This document shows, one piece after another, positions 38,963-48,288 of a DNA stretch of 64,000 nucleotides (position 1 is its first letter; each line of letters begins with the position of its first letter). The notes beneath the pieces are model-generated. The model saw only the letters and a program-made list of their open reading frames with translations. It did not search any database and had not been told where the DNA came from. The position numbers and the translations under genes were made by a program. The stretch is from Clostridiaceae bacterium. Its GTDB lineage: Bacteria > Bacillota > Clostridia > Peptostreptococcales > T1SED10-28. The stretch lies in the NCBI GenBank assembly GCA_003554105.1, contig PWFQ01000006.1, positions 3,036 to 67,035 on the forward strand, given 5' to 3'.

Positions 38963-39379
38963 ATGGATTCTGATGAAGAGTGGCCATGTTTTTATTCTGA
39001 TGTGGACGAGGCCCGACCGGATGTCGCTCACTACTTCAATGAGTTATCAAGGAACAATCATTTTGTAACAGCAGAAGACTTGAGTGATGCCCTGCTGGAA
39101 AATCCTGAGGGAATTTTTCTCCTGGATATACGAGAGGAAGAGTACTATGAAAGAGAACATATAGAAGGGGCAGTCCATATCTGGTGGCATGATGTGGGAG
39201 ATCGCCTTGAGGAACTTCCGAAAGACAAACCGATTGTCGTGGTTTGTAATACAGGACAGAGTGCCGCCCAGCTGGTGGGTGTTCTTCAATCACTGGGATA
39301 CAGAATATACTCTTTACTCGGGGGAATGAATAACGGATGGCTCCCCGAAGGATATCCGGTGATCACCATCCAGGAATAA
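38963..39379 (+). CDS. rhodanese-domain sulfurtransferase
   Basis: 138 aa. FLLDIREEEYYEREHIEGAVHI and active-site loop VVVCNTGQSAAQ. No SD precedes ATG 38963. Confidence 0.8.
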   Translation: MDSDEEWPCFYSDVDEARPDVAHYFNELSRNNHFVTAEDLSDALLENPEGIFLLDIREEEYYEREHIEGAVHIWWHDVGDRLEELPKDKPIVVVCNTGQSAAQLVGVLQSLGYRIYSLLGGMNNGWLPEGYPVITIQE

Positions 39380-39390
39380 AAAAGTGTATA

Positions 39391-40596
39391 TTATTTCCGA
39401 GTTTCGACAAAAATAACTTTTAAATAATTTCCTTCAGGATATTCCTTATGTACAGGAAAATCCTTCGGTAATGAGAAACGATGGAGAATGTGATCCTGTA
39501 AGCCTTCCTTTTGGAAGGCTTTTTTTATGAATCCTTCAAAGGTTTTCATCGAAAAAGTGCCGCAATTTGTGGAGGCGATGATCAGTCCCTGATCTCTGGT
39601 AACCTTTAAAGCCTCCTGTAACAGCTTTACATAGTCTTTTTTTGCACTGAATGTTCCATCCTTTGACCGGGAAAAACTGGGAGGATCAAGAATTACCACA
39701 TCATAGGAGGAGTTTTGATTATTTTCTTCCCTGAGAAAATGGAAAACATCATCCACAATTATTCGATGATGATCAGGGGAAAGACCGTTTGCAAGGAACT
39801 GATTTTCAGTCATTGATTTACTGCGTTTAGCTAAATCCACACTGGTGGTTGTTTTCGCTCCCCCCAGTGCAGCAAACACTGAGAAGACCCCTGTGTAAGA
39901 AAAGGTGTTAAGAACCTCTTTTCCTTTGGAAAAGGAATCCATTAATGTTTTACGTACATCCCTCTGGTCAAGGAAATAGCCGATCATGGGACCGTCATTC
40001 AGATCAACCTCAATATGAACATGGTTTTCCTGCACAGTCATGGGAAACTGCCCCGGTGTACCAAGGACGAAATTCTCATCTGCAATATATCCTCCATCAC
40101 GATCAAACCGCTTTTTCTCATAAATTCCCTTCGGCTGAATCAAAGCGTTTAGAGAATCAATGACAAAATCTTTATAGCAATAGATCCCTTTGCTGTACCA
40201 TTGGATTAAAAGGTAATCATTCAAAAGGTCAATGGTTAAGCCTCCGACCCCGTCCCCTTCTCCGTTAAAAATCCGAAATGCGGTGGTGCCCTCTAAAGAA
40301 AAAAAAGGAATCCGCTTATTAAGGGCAGTGGCTATCTTCTTCATAAAAAAAGTACCGTCGATGGACTCCGCTTCCTTATGAGAGAGAATCCATCCCATTC
40401 CCCGGTTTTGAGAACCGATATAGCCCTTCCCGATGAACTCACCAGTTTTGCTGACAAGATGAAATAGCTCTCCTTCCCGGTATTTTCTCGGCAAGGTAAC
40501 AAAGGAAGTTTGGAGCAGAGGATAGCCTTTTTTATAGCGGTGTTCATGGGATTTTTTCACTGTGATTGTCCGATGGCCTTTGAGATTTGGCTTCAT
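39391..40596 (-). CDS. class I SAM-dependent rRNA methyltransferase (RlmI-like, PUA + MTase)
   Basis: Start ATG 40596 follows GAAGGAGA. VLNTFSYTGVFSVFAALGGA and DVVILDPPSFSRSK. Confidence 0.8.
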   Translation of the reverse strand: MKPNLKGHRTITVKKSHEHRYKKGYPLLQTSFVTLPRKYREGELFHLVSKTGEFIGKGYIGSQNRGMGWILSHKEAESIDGTFFMKKIATALNKRIPFFSLEGTTAFRIFNGEGDGVGGLTIDLLNDYLLIQWYSKGIYCYKDFVIDSLNALIQPKGIYEKKRFDRDGGYIADENFVLGTPGQFPMTVQENHVHIEVDLNDGPMIGYFLDQRDVRKTLMDSFSKGKEVLNTFSYTGVFSVFAALGGAKTTTSVDLAKRSKSMTENQFLANGLSPDHHRIIVDDVFHFLREENNQNSSYDVVILDPPSFSRSKDGTFSAKKDYVKLLQEALKVTRDQGLIIASTNCGTFSMKTFEGFIKKAFQKEGLQDHILHRFSLPKDFPVHKEYPEGNYLKVIFVETRK

Positions 40597-40726
40597 ACGA
40601 TAGTCTCCTTCATGGTTTTTCCTCATTATAGCATAGAACGGGAAATTGACGAAGGGATGATGGAATATAGGACAGAGAATGGTTTTCTGGTATAATGGAA
40701 GAAATCATTTAAAGGAGACAGAGTGT

Positions 40727-41974
40727 ATGGGAAATCGAGTTATCGTTGTTGGAGCCGGCCCTGCCGGGATCTTTAGCGGGATCTATGCGGCAAAAGAGGG
40801 GGCGGAGGTCCTGATCCTTGAAAAAAATGAAGAAATCGGTAAAAAACTTCGCATTACCGGAGGAGGACGATGTAATTTCACAAATTCCGGGGATGTAACA
40901 GATCATCGTCGAGCCACGGTACATAACTCGAAATTCATGATTCCTGCGTTAATGCATCTCAGCCCACAAAAGACCATGGATTTTTTCATTGAAAGGGGCC
41001 TTGAAATCATCATCGAGGAAGACGGTTCTGTTTTCCCTAAGACGAACAAAAGTCAGGATGTGATTCGACTTTTGCAAAAAGAATTAATGGAACTGAAGAT
41101 CCCGGTCAGTCTGAATCATGAAGTTGAAGAATTAATGATGGAAGAGAGCCGTGTTGCAGGAGTTCGGTTGAAAGATGGCAGAAATCTGAATGCAGATCGT
41201 GTGATTCTTACGACGGGGGGAGCATCCTATCCCAAAACCGGAAGCGACGGAAAGAGCTTCTTAATGATTGAAAAGGCCGGTCATTCCATTGTATCTCTAA
41301 AACCGGCCCTCACCTCCTTTGAGATAAAGGATCAGTGGATTAGAGGATATCCTGGAGTATCCTTCGGTGATGTTAAGGTAAAGATTGGCAAGGGTAAAAA
41401 AGCTTTTCAGGAAAGAGGAAGCCTTTTGATCACCCATTACGGAATCTCGGGACCACCGATCATTAAACTCAGCAGCAGGATCAATGAAAGAGATTTCCAT
41501 CAAGAGGAACTGACCTTGAGAATTGATTTTTTCCCCGACAAAAGCAACGAGGAGATTCGAACCTGGCTAATCAACCTTGAAGGATCAGGCCGACAGTTAA
41601 AAACCCTTTTAAAGGAATATTGGCCCATTCGGTTTCTTGAAGGGTTTTTAGAAGAACTTAAAATCGATGGTCAGCAACCGATGAATCACTTGAAAAAAGA
41701 AGACAGAAATCGTCTAATTGAAGGATTTAAACAATTGCCACTGTCAATAAAAGGATTAAGACCCTTAAGGGAGAGCATGGTAACCGCAGGGGGAGTAAAC
41801 GTGAAGGAAGTGAACCCCGGAAGGCTGGAGTCGAAGCTCATTAAAAATCTTTATTTTGCCGGAGAAGTACTGGATGTGGACGCTATTACAGGTGGGTATA
41901 ATCTCCAAATTGCCTTTTCCACCGGAGCCTTAGCGGGAAAATCCGCTGGAGAAGGAGGAGATTCCCATGATTAA
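40727..41974 (+). CDS. HI0933/BaiN-like NAD(P)/FAD-dependent oxidoreductase
   Basis: ATG 40727 follows AAAGGAG. VIVVGAGPAGIFSGIYAAKEG and ITGGGRCNFTN. Confidence 0.85.
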   Translation: MGNRVIVVGAGPAGIFSGIYAAKEGAEVLILEKNEEIGKKLRITGGGRCNFTNSGDVTDHRRATVHNSKFMIPALMHLSPQKTMDFFIERGLEIIIEEDGSVFPKTNKSQDVIRLLQKELMELKIPVSLNHEVEELMMEESRVAGVRLKDGRNLNADRVILTTGGASYPKTGSDGKSFLMIEKAGHSIVSLKPALTSFEIKDQWIRGYPGVSFGDVKVKIGKGKKAFQERGSLLITHYGISGPPIIKLSSRINERDFHQEELTLRIDFFPDKSNEEIRTWLINLEGSGRQLKTLLKEYWPIRFLEGFLEELKIDGQQPMNHLKKEDRNRLIEGFKQLPLSIKGLRPLRESMVTAGGVNVKEVNPGRLESKLIKNLYFAGEVLDVDAITGGYNLQIAFSTGALAGKSAGEGGDSHD

Positions 41975-43070
41975 TCCCGTTGATTTTCAACAAAAGCTTC
42001 TTTGCTGGTATCGTGAAAACAGAAGGAAAATGCCATGGAGAGAGATCGAAAATCCTTATTATACATGGATCTCTGAAATTATGTTGCAACAAACCAGAGT
42101 GGATGTTGTAATTCCCTATTTTTATCGATTCATTGAAGCATTTCCCGGGATTGAGGAGCTGGCTAACAGCAGAGAAGAGGAAGTTTTGAAACTATGGGAA
42201 GGTCTGGGCTATTACCAAAGAGGAAAAAACCTTCGCCTAGCCGCAATTCAAATTGTTGAACATTATGGAGGGGAGATTCCCCGAAAAGCGGAAGACTTGA
42301 TTACGTTAAAGGGAATCGGAGATTACACTTCCGGAGCCATTGCGTCCATTGCTTTTGGAGAAAAAGTTGCCGCAGTTGACGGAAATGTGGAAAGAGTCAT
42401 TGCAAGATATCTCTGTGACAAAAAAGATCTTCGCAGCAGCGGAACAAAAAAAAGGATTAAAGAGAAGGTCAATCATTTCCTCCCGGAGGAACATTTAAGT
42501 GAATTCAATCAGGGGCTGATCGAACTTGGTGCACTGATCTGTACCCCGGGGAAAAACCCCAAATGCTTAGAGTGTCCATTAAGGGAAAGTTGTTGTGCTT
42601 ATCGTAAAGGGGATGTTGACAAAATTCCTTACAAAAGCAAAAAGACCAAGCCTAAAAGAGAAAAGAGAACCATCCTGATCATACAAAAGGGTGACTTCTA
42701 TTATATAAAAAAAAGAATGAAGAAGGGACTTTTAGAGGGAATGTGGGAGTTCCCCAATCTGGAAGGTCATTTAAACAGGAAGGAAATTCAACAAGCGGTA
42801 AAAGATGAATTGAGTATCAGCAAAGCTCCCCCTTCAGTTGAGTTTATCGGGAGGGTGGAAGCGATCTTCAGCCATCGGATATGGGAAATGGAAGGATACT
42901 TTATCAAGTTCCCGGAAGACCTGACGACGGTGCTGAAAGAAGAGAGTGAGCAGAAAAAAAGGGCATGGGCCACAAAAGACGATCTTGATAAAAACTATAC
43001 AATTGCCTCAGCCTACAAGCACTTTAAGAAGTACATAGGGAGGAGTGAGAAGGATGAAGTTCAACTTTGA
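41967..43070 (+). CDS. mutY: A/G-specific adenine DNA glycosylase
   Basis: 367 aa. HhH-GPD (LKGIGDYTSGAIASIAF), Fe-S loop CTPGKNPKCLECPLRESCCAY and a NUDIX-like C-terminus. Confidence 0.9.
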   Translation: MINPVDFQQKLLCWYRENRRKMPWREIENPYYTWISEIMLQQTRVDVVIPYFYRFIEAFPGIEELANSREEEVLKLWEGLGYYQRGKNLRLAAIQIVEHYGGEIPRKAEDLITLKGIGDYTSGAIASIAFGEKVAAVDGNVERVIARYLCDKKDLRSSGTKKRIKEKVNHFLPEEHLSEFNQGLIELGALICTPGKNPKCLECPLRESCCAYRKGDVDKIPYKSKKTKPKREKRTILIIQKGDFYYIKKRMKKGLLEGMWEFPNLEGHLNRKEIQQAVKDELSISKAPPSVEFIGRVEAIFSHRIWEMEGYFIKFPEDLTTVLKEESEQKKRAWATKDDLDKNYTIASAYKHFKKYIGRSEKDEVQL

Positions 43071-44244
43071 TCAAAGGATTGAAAGAAGAAAAACAAAATC
43101 CATAAAATGGAGTTCTGAGGTCTTGAAGAATATGTTCGGCGAAGAGGACTTACTTCCTCTTTGGGTTGCAGACATGGATTTTCTCTCTCCTCCCCCGGTA
43201 AGAGAGGCCATGATGCAGGAAGTGGAACATGGAATATTTGGCTATAGTATAAGGTCCGAAGGATACTATCAAAGTGTTGCCAAGTGGATGGAGAAACGAT
43301 TTGACTGGAAAATTCAAAAGGATTGGATCATTTTTATGCCCGGGGTTGTTTCAGCGGTATATTATGTTTTGCAGGGCCTCCTTGAACCCGGAGATGGTGT
43401 GATTATCCAGGAACCGGTTTATTATCCCTTTAAGAGTGCAATCCTCGATACCCGATGCCGAGTGATCAACAACCAGCTGATTGAACATGATGGAAGGTAT
43501 GAGATGGACTTCGAGGATTTGGAAGAGAAGGCCGGTGATCCCCGGACAAAGCTGCTTGTCCTCTGCAGTCCTCATAATCCTGTAGGCAGGGTTTGGTCCC
43601 GGGATGAGCTGAATAAGGTCGCACAAATCTGTACAAAAAACAATGTAGTGATTTTGTCTGATGAAATTCATCACGATCTTGTGTATAAGCCACATCGTCA
43701 CCATGTGTTAGCGAATTTAAAGGAAGAGTACAGAGAGAATATCATCACTGCAACGGCTCCATCAAAAACCTTTAATCTTGCAGGAATGATGAGTGCCCAT
43801 GTGATTTGTGAGAACAGTGAAATGCGGGAGAAGCTTCGAAAGGTTTTAGACAAAAATCATATCGGAATGCAAACCCCGTTAAGCATGGCTGCTGTGGAAG
43901 CGGCCTATAGAGAGGGAGAAGAGTGGCTGGAAGAGCTTTTGGACTACCTTCAGGGAAATGTTCATTTGATCCGGGAAACAGTAAAGAGGGATCTGCCAAA
44001 GGCAAAGTTTTCTCCACCTCAAGCTACCTATCTTGCATGGATTGACTTTAGAGACTACGGAATCGATGGAAAAGTTCTGGAAGAAAAAATGGTCAAAGAA
44101 GGAAAGATCGCCCTGGATGGGGGAACATGGTTCGGAGAAGGAGGAGACGGATTTTTGCGAGTAAACTTCGCCTGCCCAAGAGAAACAGTGAAAGAAGCAT
44201 TGGAGAGAATCGCGGGAGTGCTGAATAAGGAGGAATTGAAATGA
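43054..44244 (+). CDS. PatB/MalY-type PLP-dependent C-S lyase (cystathionine beta-lyase-like aminotransferase)
   Basis: ATG 43054 overlaps the mutY end by 17 nt. LCSPHNPVGRVW and APSKTFNLAG (PLP lysine). Confidence 0.85.
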   Translation: MKFNFDQRIERRKTKSIKWSSEVLKNMFGEEDLLPLWVADMDFLSPPPVREAMMQEVEHGIFGYSIRSEGYYQSVAKWMEKRFDWKIQKDWIIFMPGVVSAVYYVLQGLLEPGDGVIIQEPVYYPFKSAILDTRCRVINNQLIEHDGRYEMDFEDLEEKAGDPRTKLLVLCSPHNPVGRVWSRDELNKVAQICTKNNVVILSDEIHHDLVYKPHRHHVLANLKEEYRENIITATAPSKTFNLAGMMSAHVICENSEMREKLRKVLDKNHIGMQTPLSMAAVEAAYREGEEWLEELLDYLQGNVHLIRETVKRDLPKAKFSPPQATYLAWIDFRDYGIDGKVLEEKMVKEGKIALDGGTWFGEGGDGFLRVNFACPRETVKEALERIAGVLNKEELK

Positions 44245-45035
44245 TCTATTACTTCACTGGGACCGGGAATTCCTTATATGTTGCCAAAGTGCTGGGAATT
44301 AATCTGGAGATGAGTATCCATGATCTCTCGGAAAATTTCCGCCATCCCGATAGGGGAAAGCAGATTGATTTTACTGACGGGGAAATCCTGGGATTTGTTT
44401 TTCCTGTATATGCATGGGGACCTCCGAAATGGGTATTGGACTTTATTAAAGGAATGAAAATCAAAGATGATGTAAAACCGGGTTATATTTTCGCCATTGC
44501 AACTTGTGGAGAAAATATCGGAAACACCATGGGTATCCTTGGAAAGTCGCTAAAGGAAAAGGGATGGGAGCTGGACTACGGATACTCCCTTAAGATGCCG
44601 AACAACTATATGATTTTCGGCACTGACGCCGAGACAGGACTTATTGCGGAGGAGAAAATTCGGAGAGTGGATCTTCTAATGGATCAGATTACTAGGGATC
44701 TCAAGGGCAAGGGTAAAGGATTTTTCCTGGAAACAGGTCCTTTTCCAAAGCTTCTTACCTCTGTGGTGCATCCGCTTTTCTCCAAAGGAGTAACGAAACC
44801 ATCAAAGTTCCGTGCGAATGATCGATGCACATCCTGTGAAACCTGTTGTAAAGTTTGCAATACCCAAACGATACGAATGGTGCAGGGGATCCCCCGTTGG
44901 GGAAAAGAGTGTGTGCAATGTCTGGCATGCATTAACCTGTGTCCGGAAAAAGCCATTGATTATGGTCGGGGCACTAGAAATAAACACCGCTATAAAAATC
45001 CTAGAATTTCATCCTTTGAGTTAGAAAAGAAGTAA
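44241..45035 (+). CDS. EFR1-family ferredoxin (flavodoxin-like N-terminus + 4Fe-4S domain)
   Basis: 264 aa. MIYYFTGTGNSLYVAK; CTSCETCCKVC and CVQCLACINLCP. ATGA overlap with the upstream gene. Confidence 0.7.
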   Translation: MIYYFTGTGNSLYVAKVLGINLEMSIHDLSENFRHPDRGKQIDFTDGEILGFVFPVYAWGPPKWVLDFIKGMKIKDDVKPGYIFAIATCGENIGNTMGILGKSLKEKGWELDYGYSLKMPNNYMIFGTDAETGLIAEEKIRRVDLLMDQITRDLKGKGKGFFLETGPFPKLLTSVVHPLFSKGVTKPSKFRANDRCTSCETCCKVCNTQTIRMVQGIPRWGKECVQCLACINLCPEKAIDYGRGTRNKHRYKNPRISSFELEKK

Positions 45036-45065
45036 TGCATCCGGGATGAAAGAAAAGAGGTCACT

Positions 45066-45689
45066 ATGGATTTCATAAGTAAGATTATACAGGGATTTCA
45101 TCTTTTTACAAATCAGGTCTACATCCCTAAGGAGTTTGATGACCTGGATCGGCCGATTTTGTTACACATGAGTGATACTCCTGAGGAGATTTATCCTTAT
45201 CTTTACAAGGTCATCGAAAAAACCTTGCCGGATTATGTTGTGCATACAGGGGACTTTGCTGATAATCTCAAAATGGAAATGGTTCCCGACCTTCGTCAAA
45301 GATATAAGGAGGCAATGAAGGGTTTTGTCCGGAAGATGGAAAGTTATCCAATAAAAAAAGTGTATTACACCTTGGGGAATCATGATGAGCTATGGGATAT
45401 AATCCATCATTTAAATCGTGGAGATGCCAGGGAATCTTTCACATGGAGACTGGGTGAATATAATTTATATGCAGAACATTATTATCGCAGCGGTTTGAAG
45501 GATGTGGACTTTTATTTTTATGGACACAGTTTTGACCCTCCAAGCCACCAAAAAGAAGGGACACAGTACTTTAACGGATTAGAAGGTCTCCGTTTAATCA
45601 GTTTGAGGGACGGCAAGGTGTTTGAGTTACCCTATCCCTTTGGAACCGACGGTTTCAGAAAAATGGACCGGAACTATCATATTCTATAA
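45066..45689 (+). CDS. metallophosphoesterase
   Basis: 207 aa with LHMSDTP, HTGDFADN and LGNHDE. Confidence 0.7.
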   Translation: MDFISKIIQGFHLFTNQVYIPKEFDDLDRPILLHMSDTPEEIYPYLYKVIEKTLPDYVVHTGDFADNLKMEMVPDLRQRYKEAMKGFVRKMESYPIKKVYYTLGNHDELWDIIHHLNRGDARESFTWRLGEYNLYAEHYYRSGLKDVDFYFYGHSFDPPSHQKEGTQYFNGLEGLRLISLRDGKVFELPYPFGTDGFRKMDRNYHIL

Positions 45690-45715
45690 GAGGAAAAATC
45701 GGAAGGAGGAAGAGT

Positions 45716-46711
45716 ATGATCTTTTTAAGAATGGGACCGAGACTGCTGTTTATACGGACGAAAAATGAATTGGAGATCCGTAACTTTTTTGTAAAGGTAC
45801 AAAAGGGAAAGGAAGGATCTTTTCAGGATGCATTTGAAGAAGCCTCTGAAGACAGCACCCTGGTTTTTATTACGGCGGAAAACCTTAAGAAAACAAGGGT
45901 AGAGGACGCAAAACACATCATATTGATCAACCGGCCGGCATCATTCTGTCTCAGCCGTTTGATCAACAGTCATATATCAGAAATTGTTGAACGTGTTGAT
46001 ATGGGTCCTTCAACATTGATCATGCGCATTCCCGGGGGACAGTCTAAGGTGTCGGAGGAGATTGAGAAAATCTATGAAGGAAAAAATCTCAGTATCCGGG
46101 AAGCCATCGACCAGGGAGAAGACATGGATACCATTCTTTTCCTGACAGATCAGGCTCTTTCAAAATCCGTGGGAAACAAAGCAATTTTAAAGAGCCCCCT
46201 GCTGATTCCAAAGTCAGGTCATGAAATCTATAAAACCCTTCGGAATGAAGGGATACTGCTGATTACAAGGGGTCTTGAAAACAGGAAATGGTATGAGTTG
46301 AGAATTAACATCTATGATTTTGAAGGGAAATACACGATCCACTACGACCGTTTAAGTGAAGCCTTCAAGCAATTGGAAGTTGGAATGGTTTTGGAGGAAG
46401 GATGGACGAAGGATCATGCCTTGGCCCTATTTTCGGTGGTGGCGTATCAGGTTAAACTGTTTACCTTTTTTCCGCCGGAGGATGTTAAAAAAATTCTAAT
46501 CGGTCTTGAATATAGTGAGAGCGGGAGACGAATGGTTGACTTTGATCTCTACTACCGAAATAAAAAGGTTGCCTGGGGTGATATCGAACGGGATCGGAAA
46601 AGAAAATCCAAGGTTGATCAAGGCATACGTATGAGAAAGGAACTGTTTTCAAGGTTAAATTCAGAAGGAATCACAAAGCTTGGAGAACTGGAGGAAAAAC
46701 TTAAAAATTAG
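45716..46711 (+). CDS. hypothetical protein; C-terminal half resembles CitX/MdcG (holo-ACP synthase, phosphoribosyl-dephospho-CoA transferase)
   Basis: 331 aa with a GGAAGGAGG SD. The segment PPEDVKKILIGLEYSESGRRMVDFDLY parallels my recollection of E. coli CitX ([28 protein letters not shown]). I do not recognise the N-terminal ~170 aa. Confidence 0.4.
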   Translation: MIFLRMGPRLLFIRTKNELEIRNFFVKVQKGKEGSFQDAFEEASEDSTLVFITAENLKKTRVEDAKHIILINRPASFCLSRLINSHISEIVERVDMGPSTLIMRIPGGQSKVSEEIEKIYEGKNLSIREAIDQGEDMDTILFLTDQALSKSVGNKAILKSPLLIPKSGHEIYKTLRNEGILLITRGLENRKWYELRINIYDFEGKYTIHYDRLSEAFKQLEVGMVLEEGWTKDHALALFSVVAYQVKLFTFFPPEDVKKILIGLEYSESGRRMVDFDLYYRNKKVAWGDIERDRKRKSKVDQGIRMRKELFSRLNSEGITKLGELEEKLKN

Positions 46712-46754
46712 TCACCGGAGTTGTTTACTTGCTGTAATCTGTATGATGACCGAC

Positions 46755-46794
46755 ATTCCCTTGGGAGAATAACTCCCGAAGGGAATTTTTTTTT
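46755..46794 (+). terminator. rho-independent terminator
   Basis: ATTCCCTTGGGAG / CTCCCGAAGGGAAT stem followed by T8. Confidence 0.75.
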
Positions 46795-46811
46795 AAAAAT
46801 TTAAATTAAGG

Positions 46812-46841
46812 GTTGAATATATATTCTGACAAGTGTATAAT
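46812..46841 (+). promoter_or_regulatory. sigma-A promoter of argGH overlapped by an ARG box (ArgR/AhrC operator)
   Basis: TTGAAT (46813-46818), a 17-nt spacer, then TATAAT (46836-46841). GTTGAATATATATTCTGA (46812-46829) matches the ARG box WNTGAATWWWWATTCANW at 16/18. Confidence 0.55.
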
Positions 46842-47000
46842 TACTTTTATAATTATTATAAAAACAAAAGTGGATAAGGTGGCTGACAACATGATCAATA
46901 AAAAGAAGATGGCATGGAAATATAAAAAAAGGCGTAGACCCTGCTCTATAGATAGCCAGTATAAATATACAAAACATGTATAAATTCGAGGAGGGTTTTT

Positions 47001-48266
47001 ATGAAAATGGAAAAGGATTATCAGAAGAGTGGCAAGGAGAAAGTTGTTTTAGCATATTCAGGGGGTTTAGATACATCGGTCATACTAAAATGGTTGAAAA
47101 ACACCTATGGATATGAAGTAATTGCGGTATGTGTAAACGTTGGTCAAAAAGAAGACTTTACCAAGCTGAAAAAAAAGGCCCTGGAAACAGGTGCAAGTAA
47201 AGTTTATGTGATGAATGTGGAAGAAGAGTTTGCAACGGACTATATTTTCCCGACCCTAAAGGCCGGTGGGATCTATGAAGAGGATTATCTGCTGGGAACT
47301 TGTATGGCCCGTCCACTTATTGCTAAAGAATTGGTGAAGGTTGCCCATAAAGAGGGTGCAGAAGCCATTTCCCACGGGGCAACCGGGAAGGGAAATGATC
47401 AGGTCCGATTTGAAGCTGGAATCAAGGCACTGGATCCGACTCTGAAGATCATCGCTCCTTGGCGGATTTGGGATTTGAAATCCCGTGAGGATTGTATTGA
47501 GTATGCATCGAAAAATAAGATTCCCCTGGAAGTCACGAAGGAAAAGATCTATAGCCGTGATGAAAATCTCTGGCACATCAGCCATGAGGGTGGAGAACTG
47601 GAGGATCCATGGAATGATCACAATGAGGAGATGTATTTATGGTGTAATCCTCTGGAGAAAACCCCTGACCGGGGTGAAGTTATTGAAGTAAGCTTTGAAG
47701 AGGGAGTTCCCACAAAGCTTAATCAGAAGGAGTTTGACCCGGTCACACTTATTAAGAAATTAAACAAAATTGGCGGCACTCACGGAGTGGGGGTCCTCGA
47801 TATGGTTGAAAATCGATTGGTGGGGATGAAGTCCCGGGGAGTCTATGAAACTCCGGGTGGAACAATTCTTTATCAGGCCCATAAATCATTGGAAAAATTG
47901 ATCTTGGATAAAGATACCATGTCCTACAAAACAGAGATTGGTAAAAAATATGGGGAACTCTTATATGACGGACTTTGGTTTACTCCATTAAAAGATGCAT
48001 TGGATGCTTTTGTAAAGGAATGCCAGAAAGAAATCACAGGAACGGTAAAGGTGAAGCTTTATAAAGGAAATTGCAAAGTGACTGGAACGCAATCGGAAAA
48101 CTCCATGTATAGTGAGGATTTCGCCACCTTCGGTGCAGATGATGTGTATAATCAGAAGGACGCGGAAGGATTCATTAATCTGCACTCCCTTCCTATGACC
48201 ATTCGAGGATTAAAAAAAGCGAATAAGGAAAAGAATATGAAGAAGAAGGTTGCCGCATCCTTTTAG
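47001..48266 (+). CDS. argG: argininosuccinate synthase
   Basis: 421 aa with [12 protein letters not shown] and [15 protein letters not shown]. Confidence 0.95.
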   Translation: MKMEKDYQKSGKEKVVLAYSGGLDTSVILKWLKNTYGYEVIAVCVNVGQKEDFTKLKKKALETGASKVYVMNVEEEFATDYIFPTLKAGGIYEEDYLLGTCMARPLIAKELVKVAHKEGAEAISHGATGKGNDQVRFEAGIKALDPTLKIIAPWRIWDLKSREDCIEYASKNKIPLEVTKEKIYSRDENLWHISHEGGELEDPWNDHNEEMYLWCNPLEKTPDRGEVIEVSFEEGVPTKLNQKEFDPVTLIKKLNKIGGTHGVGVLDMVENRLVGMKSRGVYETPGGTILYQAHKSLEKLILDKDTMSYKTEIGKKYGELLYDGLWFTPLKDALDAFVKECQKEITGTVKVKLYKGNCKVTGTQSENSMYSEDFATFGADDVYNQKDAEGFINLHSLPMTIRGLKKANKEKNMKKKVAASF

Positions 48267-48288
48267 GGAACGGTTTCGGAGGTGAAGC

